Assembly (NCBI GenBank): GCA_016927245.1
Contig: JAFGNA010000011.1
Span: 29,330 to 93,329 of the forward strand
Length of the DNA stretch: 64,000 bases
Origin: Candidatus Woesearchaeota archaeon
GTDB lineage: Archaea > Nanobdellota > Nanobdellia > Woesearchaeales > WJKR01
Direction of reading: 5' to 3'
Shown: positions 27,095-35,863 of the stretch, piece by piece
How positions within the stretch are numbered: position 1 is the first letter of the stretch
Layout of the letters: the number at the start of each line of letters is the position of its first letter
Notes under the pieces: generated by a model
Seen by the model: only the letters and a program-made list of their open reading frames with translations
What the model was told of the DNA's origin: nothing
Database searches by the model: none
Made by a program: the position numbers and the translations under genes

Positions 27095-29305
27095 CTATTT
27101 AAACCTTTCTAGTGAATACGCCGCTTCCAACAAGTCCCGTATGGCTTTCGCCTTCTTCTCCCCTATGAGCTCGACCTCCTGCAATTCTTCCGAAGACGCT
27201 TCCAGCACGCCTCTCACCGACCCGAACCGTTCCAAGAGCGGCTTGGCGAGCCTGGGCCCGATGCCTGGCAACGAAGAAACAACGTATTCTTGCTGTTCGC
27301 GCAGCGACCAAGGCTTGCTCGTGTGCGGGTGGTAGTACGGGTCCTCATCCTTGTGCGCCCGCCGCGCCAAGGCCAGGAGCACGCCTGCCGTGTCCACGGG
27401 AGAAGTGGTGCGCAGCAGGGGGATGTGGTAGGACGTCACGATGGTGGCGAGCATGCCCCTGATGGCGGCGGGGTTGACGCGCCGCTGCGCGTACAGGTCT
27501 TCGAGGCCTTCGATGATGAGCACGGGCTTGTACACGGTGCGCAGCTCTGACAACTGCCCGAGCAAGCGGCCGTCGACGATGCTGTCCACGAAGTCCTTGA
27601 CCGTCTTGTACTCCACGACGACGTCATCGCTGATCCTGTAATCGCCGACGCGGAGCTGCTCGAGGTCTAGCTTGGCGTCCTGGGCCAGCAATGATTTCAT
27701 CACGGGCGAGCCCTTCTCGCGGTAATCGACGGTGATGGTAAGTTCCTGCGCGCCGCCGCCGTAGTCCTGCAAGGTCGGCTGCTCGTTCGCAGTGGGCGTG
27801 AATGATCGCTGCAGCTGCTCGATGGCGCGGTACATGCGCTTCTCCTTGTGGTGAGCGCTCCACCGGTAGCCCTCATCCCGAGTCCCCTTTGTGATGAGCA
27901 AGTACACCTTGCCCGCCTCTTGGCGTCCCGTGCGTCCCCGCCGCTGCACCGTCCTTATAGCGGAGGGGATGGGCTCGTAGAACACGACCGCGTCCACGGC
28001 GGGGATGTCCAGCCCTTCCTCGGCCACGGACGTCGCTATCAGTACTTGGAAGTCGCCGTCACGGAACCGTTGCAGCATTGCTTGCTGCTGCTTCTGCGAC
28101 AGGCCGGTGCCGTTCCGCTTCGCCTGGCCGACGAAGACCTCCGCTGATGCTATCTCTTGGAGCCGTCGCTTGAGCACGGCCGCGGTGTCACGGAACTGGG
28201 TGAACACGATGAGCTTCTTCTTGTCGTCTTCCAAGAGCTCCTGCGTCACCAATGACTGCAGGGCGGTGACCTTTGGGTGCTCCTCTCCTTGTCCGAGCAG
28301 GCGGTCGGCGATGATAGCGGCTGATTTGAAGTCAGGGTCCTTGACCAGGTTCTGGACGGCTTTCACCTTGGTCTTCTCGGCTTGCCGCCGGAGCGATTCC
28401 AAGTATGCTGACAGGGCGGCCACGGTCTGCGTCTCGCACAGTTCCAGGGCGTGCTGCACCTTCAACGCCTCTGCTAGCAGGCTGATGGTCTTCAGGACTT
28501 CGTAGCCTTTCTCTCCTTGCGCGGTCTTGGCGTGCAACGCGGCTTGCGCCCTGAGCAGCCCTGTCTTGTTCAGCTCTGATACTTTCAGGACGCCCATCGC
28601 TTGTGCGTCCGCTAATTTGTTGTCGTGGCAGCGCTGGAGGTGGCCGCGCAGCTTGAGGAGGTCTTCTGAGAGCGGGACGTTCTTGAACGTGATGTCGAGG
28701 TCCTGGACGTACTGCGCCACGTCAGGGTCTTCCTGGGAGCGCACTTCGATGCGGTCGATGAACAGGTTCTGGCACACTGCCTTGATGGTCTCCTCGTCCG
28801 ATCCTGGCGACGCGGTCAGGCCGAGGATGCGCTCGTGCAGGGCGTGCTTGTGGTAGTGCTGGGCGATGAAGACGTACGCGTAGTCTCCGAGGGCTCGGTG
28901 CGCCTCATCGAAGACGAGCAAGGCCACGTCGTCCAAGTGTAGCCGCCTGCTGATGAGGTCGTTCTCCATGCCTTGCGGCGTGCTGAAGACGAACGTCGCC
29001 TCCTTCCACAGCTTCGCCCTTTTCTCAGGGGGGACGTGACCGGTGAACAGTGCGAACGAGTCATCGGGGAAGTCGAACAATGACCTGAACGTGTCGAGGT
29101 GTTGCTGCGCCAACGGCTTGGTCGGCGCGAGGAACACTATCTTGCCGTGGGCGTGCTCGTCCAGGCGGTGCGCCGCCAGCAAAGCCGCGATGGCGGTCTT
29201 GCCCATCCCTGTGGGGAGCACGACGAGCGTGTTCTGCTGCGCCGCCGATGAGAGGATGGTCTCTTGGTAGCGTCGCGGCGAGAATCCTGGCTTGAGAAGT
29301 ACCAT
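27095..29305 (-). CDS. hef: Hef helicase-nuclease (SF2 helicase, XPF-type nuclease, HhH2)
   Basis: N-terminal DEAH-type helicase (PTGMGKT, DEAH). C-terminal nuclease VDYREKG...GDYRISDDVVVEYKTVKDFVDSIVDGRL. HhH2 LPGIGPRLAKPLLERFGSV. The nuclease motif reads EYK instead of the canonical ERK. Confidence 0.85.
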   Translation of the reverse strand: MVLLKPGFSPRRYQETILSSAAQQNTLVVLPTGMGKTAIAALLAAHRLDEHAHGKIVFLAPTKPLAQQHLDTFRSLFDFPDDSFALFTGHVPPEKRAKLWKEATFVFSTPQGMENDLISRRLHLDDVALLVFDEAHRALGDYAYVFIAQHYHKHALHERILGLTASPGSDEETIKAVCQNLFIDRIEVRSQEDPDVAQYVQDLDITFKNVPLSEDLLKLRGHLQRCHDNKLADAQAMGVLKVSELNKTGLLRAQAALHAKTAQGEKGYEVLKTISLLAEALKVQHALELCETQTVAALSAYLESLRRQAEKTKVKAVQNLVKDPDFKSAAIIADRLLGQGEEHPKVTALQSLVTQELLEDDKKKLIVFTQFRDTAAVLKRRLQEIASAEVFVGQAKRNGTGLSQKQQQAMLQRFRDGDFQVLIATSVAEEGLDIPAVDAVVFYEPIPSAIRTVQRRGRTGRQEAGKVYLLITKGTRDEGYRWSAHHKEKRMYRAIEQLQRSFTPTANEQPTLQDYGGGAQELTITVDYREKGSPVMKSLLAQDAKLDLEQLRVGDYRISDDVVVEYKTVKDFVDSIVDGRLLGQLSELRTVYKPVLIIEGLEDLYAQRRVNPAAIRGMLATIVTSYHIPLLRTTSPVDTAGVLLALARRAHKDEDPYYHPHTSKPWSLREQQEYVVSSLPGIGPRLAKPLLERFGSVRGVLEASSEELQEVELIGEKKAKAIRDLLEAAYSLERFK

Positions 29306-29358
29306 GGACTAGGAAAAGCGGAGAACGTTTAAATGCGTTGTGACGTCGTGGCCAGTGC

Positions 29359-29589
29359 TTATTTGCGTCCTCTGGCCATCGGCGCCCTGCTCACATCGCC
29401 GTCCTTGTCGACGAAGTACAGGTAACCGGACTCCTTGCGCGCACCGACAGAGGCGACTTTCTCAGCGTTGCCGCCTCCTCTCGAGCCGCCGCGTACCATC
29501 GGCGCCCTGCTCACATCGCCGTCCTTGTCGACGAAGTACAGGTAACCGGACTCCTTGCGCACGCCTGCGCGGGCTACTTTTTCTGCCAT
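29359..29589 (-). CDS. Small protein built from two 40-aa repeats of AEKVAxxGxRKESGYLYFVDKDGDVSRAPMxRG
   Basis: Likely start MAEKVA at 29589 with TATA ATTTAAAT at ~29647. Contains a perfect 65-bp direct DNA repeat (29376-29440 and 29496-29560, period 120 bp). SH3/Sul7d-like beta-hairpin pattern (YxFxDKDGxxxRAxM). Confidence 0.5.
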   Translation of the reverse strand: MAEKVARAGVRKESGYLYFVDKDGDVSRAPMVRGGSRGGGNAEKVASVGARKESGYLYFVDKDGDVSRAPMARGRK

Positions 29590-29724
29590 TGTTGATCCAC
29601 CACCCCCTTCCGTAGAAGGATATCGGTTGCTTCCTAGACGCAATCGTATTTAAATGTTGCGCTTTTCTCGTCGGGGAGAAGCCCTGGAGAAAGCTTTTTT
29701 ATTCTCACCCCGTTCCCTTAGACC

Positions 29725-29994
29725 ATGCTCCTACTCAAGTTCTTCGGCATCATGGACTTGTACAGCGCCGCGGTGATGGTCCTCGTGCAGACAGGGGCGG
29801 CGCCGTGGCGCATCATCATCACCGCCGCTGCTTGGCTCCTCTTGAAGGGGTGGGTGTTCCGGGGCGAGCCTGCGAGCATGATCGACACGGCCATTGGCGT
29901 CTACCACCTCCTCATGTTCTTCTTGCCCGTCCCGGTCTTGACGTTCGTGTTCGCGGGTTACCTCGTCATCAAGGGCGTGCTGTCCTTGTTCTAG
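29725..29994 (+). CDS. Small integral membrane protein (3 TM), unknown
   Basis: 89 aa, hydrophobic helices. Host-like codon usage. Confidence 0.4.
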   Translation: MLLLKFFGIMDLYSAAVMVLVQTGAAPWRIIITAAAWLLLKGWVFRGEPASMIDTAIGVYHLLMFFLPVPVLTFVFAGYLVIKGVLSLF

Positions 29995-30710
29995 GCGTCG
30001 AGGTGGTTGCGGTAGATCCAGAGGAGGAACAGGCCGAACGCGGTGGCGACGACGTAGCTGAACACCCCTGCGATGAGGATGAGCCCGAAGTACGCGGCGA
30101 CGAACGCCACGCTGAAGAACCAGAGTCCTCGTCGGTAGTAGAGGATGTGGAACGCTTCTGTGTCGCTGAACGGGAGGAGGATGCCGAAGAACGCGATGGC
30201 CGCGACGGTCTTGATGACGAGGTCGAGGCCGGGGCCGGGGGCTGCCAGGGCGAACGGCTTGAGGAACGCCATGAGGAGGACGCACGTGGCCGGGGCGGCG
30301 AGTCCTATCATGGCGAGGTGCTTGAGGTTGAGGAGGTAGCGGTGCGCGCCGAGCCTGAGGCGTTTGGATTCCTGGACGTGGATGGCGCCTGGTGCGACCA
30401 GGGGGACTGCGCCGTAGATGAACACGGTGAGGAAGAAGCCGAGGGGGAGCCACCACTTGTGCAGGGTGTACGTGGCGTGGTAGCCTGCTTGGTACGCCAC
30501 CCATTTCTGCGCGGCGACGCGGAGGAGGAGGACTGCGAGCGCGGTGAGGAAGACGATGAGGTACGATGCGAGGAACTCGTCGAGGGGTATCTCCACTTGC
30601 ACGTACCAGTTCCTGAAGTTCATCACGATGCCGATGGCCGCGGCGGTGATGAGCGCGTGTAGGAGCTCTTTACGCTTGAACCTGCGGAACGCTGGCGGGT
30701 CGTCGTTCAT
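29991..30710 (-). CDS. Polytopic membrane protein, unknown
   Basis: About 6 TM helices. Likely start MNDDPPAF at 30710. The longer track ORF reads through the end of the TraB gene. 4-nt ATGA overlap with TraB. Confidence 0.5.
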   Translation of the reverse strand: MNDDPPAFRRFKRKELLHALITAAAIGIVMNFRNWYVQVEIPLDEFLASYLIVFLTALAVLLLRVAAQKWVAYQAGYHATYTLHKWWLPLGFFLTVFIYGAVPLVAPGAIHVQESKRLRLGAHRYLLNLKHLAMIGLAAPATCVLLMAFLKPFALAAPGPGLDLVIKTVAAIAFFGILLPFSDTEAFHILYYRRGLWFFSVAFVAAYFGLILIAGVFSYVVATAFGLFLLWIYRNHLDA

Positions 30711-31402
30711 GCGCCTTCCTTGGCGCGCCGCCTTAATAATGTTATGGTTTCCTCGAATGCTCTTCGCAGGCCGTTGAGGTGGCCTGCGCCGACGATGACG
30801 AGGATGCGTTTGTCCTGTTCCTGGAGTGCCGCTGCGGCGAGCTTGCGGGCCATGTAGTGGTTGCGGTCCTCGACCAAGACTTTGTGGAATGAGGGGTAGC
30901 GGTCTTTGAGCTGTTCTAATAGTGTGGTGATGAGTTTTGCTTCGGGGACTTTCTTGAGGTCTATCCTGATCTTGGGCTGCTTCTTCCACCGGCCGAAGAG
31001 GAGGTCTGATAGGAAGCGTCGTTTCTCCTTCTTGGTGAGGGTGTGGGAGAGCTTGCGCAGCGTGACTTGGATGTCTTGGTCGAGGAGGAGAAGCGGTAAT
31101 TGGTGCTGTCTTGCGAGGTCTGCCGCCGCTTTCATGTCCGCGCCTGGCCGCATCCCGACCGCCCTGCCTAGCTTTTGCTGGAAGTAGCTGCCGATGACGG
31201 CGAAGAGGTAGCCGCTGATGCCGACGTGCTTGATGATCCTTGGGGAGTAGCTGGGCTTTTGGTTGCTGAGGAGCGCGTGGAGCCGTTGCCGGTCGAGCTC
31301 GACGGCGATGATGTCGGGCTTGGTCTCCTCTACCGCTTTTGTGATGGCGTTGACGGATTGCTCGGCGATGTGGCTGGTGCCGAGGAAGGTGATGTGGGTC
31401 AC
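30707..31402 (-). CDS. TraB/PrgY/GumN family protein
   Basis: ITFLGTSHIAEQSVNAI...PDIIAVELD N-terminal signature and GAGHLNGL C-terminal motif of the TraB family. Confidence 0.65.
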   Translation of the reverse strand: MTHITFLGTSHIAEQSVNAITKAVEETKPDIIAVELDRQRLHALLSNQKPSYSPRIIKHVGISGYLFAVIGSYFQQKLGRAVGMRPGADMKAAADLARQHQLPLLLLDQDIQVTLRKLSHTLTKKEKRRFLSDLLFGRWKKQPKIRIDLKKVPEAKLITTLLEQLKDRYPSFHKVLVEDRNHYMARKLAAAALQEQDKRILVIVGAGHLNGLRRAFEETITLLRRRAKEGA

Positions 31403-31427
31403 TGAGTGGTGGAATGCGGCCTCGTTT

Positions 31428-32144
31428 TTAAGGGTTCAGTTCTGGCAGCGGCTCGCCGATCACGCGGTGGTGCTTGTAGAGGTAGTTGTAGAACTTGGCC
31501 GCGCGCTCAGCCCTTGTCTCGTTGAGCGCCGCGTATTCCTTGAATCGTGCCGGTAGCTCGTGGCTGTAGCGTCGGAAGTACCTGCTCGTGCTGTGGTCTT
31601 TTTCTATCATGTTGAGGAGGTCGTGCTTGTCCTTGTCCCTGCCGGTGAAGAGCTTGGTGCAGAACAGGTCTGCCGGGCAGGGTGTGTAGAGGGTTATGCG
31701 GCTGCCGAAGAGCTTCCTTGTGTGCAGGTGCTTGACGTGGCCGTCTGGCATCGCCCATTTGATGCGCTTGATCTTGTGCGCGCGCTCGGCGAAGTCTTGG
31801 GGGAGGTTTGCTGAGGGGAGGTTGAGGCCGAAGTTCTGTACGGTGGCGTTCGGGCTGAGCGTGATTCGCTGGTCGACCTTGCCGTCCTTGAGTATCTCGA
31901 TGGCTACTTCTCCGTTTGCTATCTTGCGGTTGATCTCCTTGGGGATGCCTTGGAACCGGCCGTCGCGGTTGAGGCAGATGATGTCGACGTCTTCCGAGCC
32001 GTACTCGCGCATCCCGAGCACGGTGAGTGCTGAGCCGCCGATGAGGCACAGGTCTGTGTGCACTGGCACGAACGGCGTGAGCTTCCAGATGATCCGGGAG
32101 AGCATGGGCTCATCGATGGTGTTCTTCTTCGGGCCTTCGTACAT
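31428..32144 (-). CDS. Nucleotidyltransferase of the AbiEii/DUF1814-like family
   Basis: LIGGSALTVLGMREYGSEDVDII (GS...DxD minimal NTase) and C-terminal GRDKDKHDLLNMI resembling the AbiEii RDlyDl motif. No AbiEi-like partner is visible. Confidence 0.4.
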   Translation of the reverse strand: MYEGPKKNTIDEPMLSRIIWKLTPFVPVHTDLCLIGGSALTVLGMREYGSEDVDIICLNRDGRFQGIPKEINRKIANGEVAIEILKDGKVDQRITLSPNATVQNFGLNLPSANLPQDFAERAHKIKRIKWAMPDGHVKHLHTRKLFGSRITLYTPCPADLFCTKLFTGRDKDKHDLLNMIEKDHSTSRYFRRYSHELPARFKEYAALNETRAERAAKFYNYLYKHHRVIGEPLPELNP

Positions 32145-32260
32145 GGTGGTGGTGCTGGCACGGGGTGATTATAAATCTTTTTCTTGGGGTGGTTGTTCGT
32201 CTGCCTTGTCGGAGGGAAACTTATTAATAGGGGTGTTTCGATGGTGTTGTCGGTGATACT

Positions 32261-32581
32261 ATGAGCATCAAGCGGTTGGAGAAGAAGCTTATTGATGAGT
32301 ATGAGGATGTCATCTTGGATGAGATCAAGAAGGGCGATGTCAAGCAGGTGTCTGATTGGGTGAAGGATTTCTTGAGCAAGTTCGGCGATTACTTGGATCA
32401 CCGGTTCATGCGGAACAATGTGGATATCGGCGGGTTGCACATCGAGTTCGGGACTCATTATCGTTCCGAGCATCATCTTTCTATCAAGCGGGAGGTGCAG
32501 AGCGCCTATCAGAAGATTCTTGACGCGGTCAAGGAAGCAGGGCTGGCGGACTCGTTGAACGAGGAGTTGAGGAAGCGCTGA
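32261..32581 (+). CDS. Hypothetical protein (106 aa), divergent from the NTase gene
   Basis: ORF with acceptable codon usage. 3' end overlaps the convergent HExxH gene by about 50 nt. Confidence 0.3.
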   Translation: MSIKRLEKKLIDEYEDVILDEIKKGDVKQVSDWVKDFLSKFGDYLDHRFMRNNVDIGGLHIEFGTHYRSEHHLSIKREVQSAYQKILDAVKEAGLADSLNEELRKR

Positions 32582-33314
32582 TGTTGGCGTAGCGCGTGAG
32601 CATCTCGTGGGATACCCGTCGCTCTTGGTTGCTCGTCCGCTCTAGGTGGTGGAGGAGTAGGTAGTCGTGGTCGCTGATGCCGTGCTCGTTCGCGATCCTT
32701 TTCGCGCGTTGCTCGACGGCTAGTTCCTCTTCTAAACTGCCTTTCTCGTGTCCATTCACTTCGTTGTGCGCTTCTTCGTGCGCGAGTATGGCGCCGATGA
32801 AGGGTGATTGCGGATTGGTGAAGAGCTGATGTCTTCGCAGCTCTGGGCGGGCGAGGTCTGTGTAGGCTTGCATGACGTCGAGGTAGGTCTGTCTGAGATA
32901 GAGGTCTCGGCGGATGTTGGCGGCGGCGTTGGTGAACGGGGCGTTCGCGGAGGTCTCGTGGATGAGTAGGGTGTACTTCGTGGCCTTGCCTGATGGGTAG
33001 GTGTACGTCATGGGTTGTTTGCGTGCCTTGATGAACTGGCCGTAGAAGCTGTACGCTACCTCTTCATCAGTGTCGAGGATGATGCCTGCGTCTATGGGGT
33101 TGTCGTGCTCGCGGGGCTGCGCGTCCTTCATGAGCTCGTTCAGGAAGTTTGTGTTCTTGAGCAGTGCGCGTATCTCTTCAGGGTTGAGCTCGAGGTCTTG
33201 CACGACGTACGTGAGCAGGGTGCTGTGCGGGGTTTCTTTGATGTCTTCGATGCTCTTGAGAGGGGTGAAGGTTATTTCGTCGCGATAATTCAAGGGGTTC
33301 AGTGTTGGTCGCAT
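32529..33314 (-). CDS. Putative zinc metalloprotein with HExxH..H motif
   Basis: AILAHEEAHNEVNGHEKG near the C-terminus. Family uncertain (DUF45/WLM/SprT-like or ImmA-like). The last ~30 aa of the track ORF may be read-through. Confidence 0.35.
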   Translation of the reverse strand: MRPTLNPLNYRDEITFTPLKSIEDIKETPHSTLLTYVVQDLELNPEEIRALLKNTNFLNELMKDAQPREHDNPIDAGIILDTDEEVAYSFYGQFIKARKQPMTYTYPSGKATKYTLLIHETSANAPFTNAAANIRRDLYLRQTYLDVMQAYTDLARPELRRHQLFTNPQSPFIGAILAHEEAHNEVNGHEKGSLEEELAVEQRAKRIANEHGISDHDYLLLHHLERTSNQERRVSHEMLTRYANISASSTPRSTSPPALLP

Positions 33315-33349
33315 GGTCGCTTCCTCTCAGCGAGAATGGTGTTGGGGGG

Positions 33350-34153
33350 TCATGCCTTGACCTTGATCTTATCCCATGCTAGGTCGAACAGTTGCTCGAG
33401 CGCTTGCGCGAAGAGCTGCGTGTTCACCCAGACGCCGACGTCGTAGGAGGGGTGTACTTCTGTGTCGTCGGCGAGCATGAACAGGACTTGCGTGGTGTCG
33501 ATGATCATGAACCGCGCGTTGAGTCCTTTGAGGTCTTTGACTTCCGCGAACTCGCTGATGGCCTTCGCTCCTTCCATGTTCTTCTCGGTCAGGGGTGCGG
33601 CGACCCGTACTTGCACGCCTCTTTCCGCGGCTTTCTTGAGCTGGCGGAGCAGGGCGTCTCCTTTGCGGTTGAGGCCTCCTTCGCTCGTGATGAGGGTGAT
33701 GCGTTCCTCTGCTTCTTTTATCATGAGGTTGAGGTGTTCGTAGATGTTGTTCTGGCCTTTCACGCTGCCGGTGAGGTCTTCGGGCTCGACGGTGTCGATG
33801 CCGTTGTTGTGTAGTTGTGTTAGTTCTTTGAGGACGTCGCTGCCGTATAGCTCGTCCATGGTTTTCAGCGTGGCCGCTGTTTCTTCGTGTACGCGTTTCT
33901 TTACTCGTTCCACGACTTCTTCTGGGGGCACGGCTATGTACTTGATGGGCTTGCCGAGCTTCATGATGATGAATCCTTTCTTCTCCAATGATTCTAGGAT
34001 GTCGTAGGATCTTGATCGTGGCACGTTGCTGATGTCTGAGAGTTCGCCTGCTGTCGCGACGCCTCGTGAGAGCAGCGCAGTCCATATCTTCGCTTCGTAG
34101 GTGTTGAGGCCGAAGTCTTTTATTTTTTTGAGGAAGTCTTGTTGTACAATCAT
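33350..34153 (-). CDS. trmB: TrmB-family transcriptional regulator (paralog 1)
   Basis: N-terminal wHTH LNTYEAKIWTALLSRGVATAGELSDISNVPRSRSYDILESLEKKGF plus TrmB C-terminal domain. About 65% identical to the paralog at 60852-61661. Confidence 0.85.
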   Translation of the reverse strand: MIVQQDFLKKIKDFGLNTYEAKIWTALLSRGVATAGELSDISNVPRSRSYDILESLEKKGFIIMKLGKPIKYIAVPPEEVVERVKKRVHEETAATLKTMDELYGSDVLKELTQLHNNGIDTVEPEDLTGSVKGQNNIYEHLNLMIKEAEERITLITSEGGLNRKGDALLRQLKKAAERGVQVRVAAPLTEKNMEGAKAISEFAEVKDLKGLNARFMIIDTTQVLFMLADDTEVHPSYDVGVWVNTQLFAQALEQLFDLAWDKIKVKA

Positions 34154-34656
34154 CTTGTGAGAGGAATACTCGAGGTTTTATATAGTTTTCTAAATGTTAC
34201 TATTATAAAGTAAATACAATTTTGTGAGTTATCTCCAACCCAATCATTTCCTGTAGAAATTGTGAAAGGAAGGGTGGAGGTTGGGTGTACTCGTCAATGA
34301 TTTCTTGTTTTTCAGTGCTGTGAATAAACCAAATATAAAGAATATTTTCAAAAATATATTATTATAATTATATTTTATAAAAAAATAATCTATATAGAAA
34401 TTAATTGGTGGTGGTAAGAAACCACCGTCGAGAAAAGAAATACCTACACAACACACCTCTAACCAACACAAACCCCACATCACACACCAACACTCCACAC
34501 GAATAAAAGGGGTGAGGCTTATCGTTTCCAATACAACCATCCAGAAACCACACATCCCCATACCACATAACAAGAGTGCAAAAAACTTAAAAACAACCCT
34601 CTTTTCCTTTGGAAACGTATTGTAGGGGTGCACAAGTGGTCAACAACAACCTAACG
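34154..34656. promoter_or_regulatory. oriC: Putative chromosomal replication origin (oriC) upstream of orc1/cdc6
   Basis: About 500-bp non-coding AT-rich region. ORB-like elements: TTTCCTGTAGAAA...GGGTGG (~34247-34285), CTCCACACGAATAAAAGGGGTG (~34493-34515) and TTCCTTTGGAAACgtattgtaGGGGT (~34605-34629). 80-bp >90% AT DUE (~34330-34410). Hairpin GGTGGT..ACCACC (~34408-34426). A/C-only tract (~34441-34500). Confidence 0.6.
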
Positions 34657-35850
34657 ATGTTCTTCGAGAAGTTCCTCACCAAGGAATCACTCTTCAAAGA
34701 CAAGAAAGTACTCCAATCAACCTATATCCCAGACGAAATAAACCACCGAGACGAGCAAATAAACACCATCGCACAGATACTCGCACCAGCGCTCCGCAAA
34801 GAGAAACCAAGCAACCTCTTCATCTACGGCAAGACCGGCACAGGAAAGACCCTAAGCATCCGCTACACCGCAGAGCAGATGGAACAAGTCGCCAAGCAGC
34901 AAGAAGTCCCACTCTCAGTGTTCTACCTCAACTGCAAGCTCAAGAAGATAGCAGACACCGAGTACCGCCTCATCGCCGAGCTCGCGAGATTCTTCGGGAA
35001 AGCAGTCCCCCCAACAGGCCTCCCCACAGACGAAGTCTACAACATCTTCTTTAAAGCGCTCGACAGCGAAGAACGAGTCGTCCTCCTCATCCTCGACGAG
35101 ATAGACCAACTCGTCAAGAAAGCAGGTGACGAGATAATCTACAACCTCACCCGCATCAACGCCGAGCTCAAAAGGAGCCACGTCAGCATCATCGGCATCA
35201 GCAACGACCTCATGTTCGCGAACAACATCGACCCACGAGTCAAGTCATCGCTATCAGAGGAAGAGATAGTCTTCCCCCCATACAACGCCCTCCAGATACA
35301 AGACATCCTGCACAAGCGGTCATCCCAAGCGTTCAAGGACAGCATCATCACCGAAGGCGTCATCGCCAAGTGCGCCGCCTACGCGGCGAGAGAGCACGGA
35401 GACGCGAGACGAGCTCTCGAACTCCTCCGCGTAGCAGGAGAGCTAGCAGAAAGGAAAGGAGACACCACCATCATGATAACGCATATCGACGACGCGGAGG
35501 AGAAGATAGAACGCGACCGCATCCTCGACATCGTCAAGACCCAGCCAAAACAATTCCAAGCGACGCTCTACCCCATCCTGATGACCCACCAGAAGAAGAA
35601 AGGGCTCGTCTACACAGGAGAGATATACGACGTCTACAAGGACCTCTGCGAGAAGATAGGGCTACGGCCCCTCACCCAAAGGAGGATCAGCGACATCGTC
35701 GCAGAGCTCGACATGCTCGGCATCATCAACGCCAAAGTCATCAGCAAGGGACGATTCGGCAGGACGCGCGAGATAGCGCTCGCCATCCCCTCACAAGTAG
35801 AGCCGAAGATAAGGAAGATACTCGAGGAAGACCTCGGGGTCGCAGCATGA
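34657..35850 (+). CDS. orc1: Orc1/Cdc6 replication initiator
   Basis: AAA+ Walker A GKTGTGKT, Walker B LILDEID, sensor and a C-terminal winged helix. ATG at 34657; the track TTG start at 34609 lies inside the ORB. Confidence 0.9.
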   Translation: MFFEKFLTKESLFKDKKVLQSTYIPDEINHRDEQINTIAQILAPALRKEKPSNLFIYGKTGTGKTLSIRYTAEQMEQVAKQQEVPLSVFYLNCKLKKIADTEYRLIAELARFFGKAVPPTGLPTDEVYNIFFKALDSEERVVLLILDEIDQLVKKAGDEIIYNLTRINAELKRSHVSIIGISNDLMFANNIDPRVKSSLSEEEIVFPPYNALQIQDILHKRSSQAFKDSIITEGVIAKCAAYAAREHGDARRALELLRVAGELAERKGDTTIMITHIDDAEEKIERDRILDIVKTQPKQFQATLYPILMTHQKKKGLVYTGEIYDVYKDLCEKIGLRPLTQRRISDIVAELDMLGIINAKVISKGRFGRTREIALAIPSQVEPKIRKILEEDLGVAA

Positions 35851-35863
35851 GCACCAAACCCAA

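Noticed and set aside
29376-29560. Possible CRISPR array (perfect direct repeats)
   Set aside because: Only two copies, 65 bp long with 120-bp period, in-frame inside a coding sequence. No cas genes. This is an intragenic duplication.
34244-34633. 129-aa ORF inside the orc1 upstream region
   Set aside because: Lies in the AT-rich origin region. Composition-driven, with low-complexity F/I/N residues.
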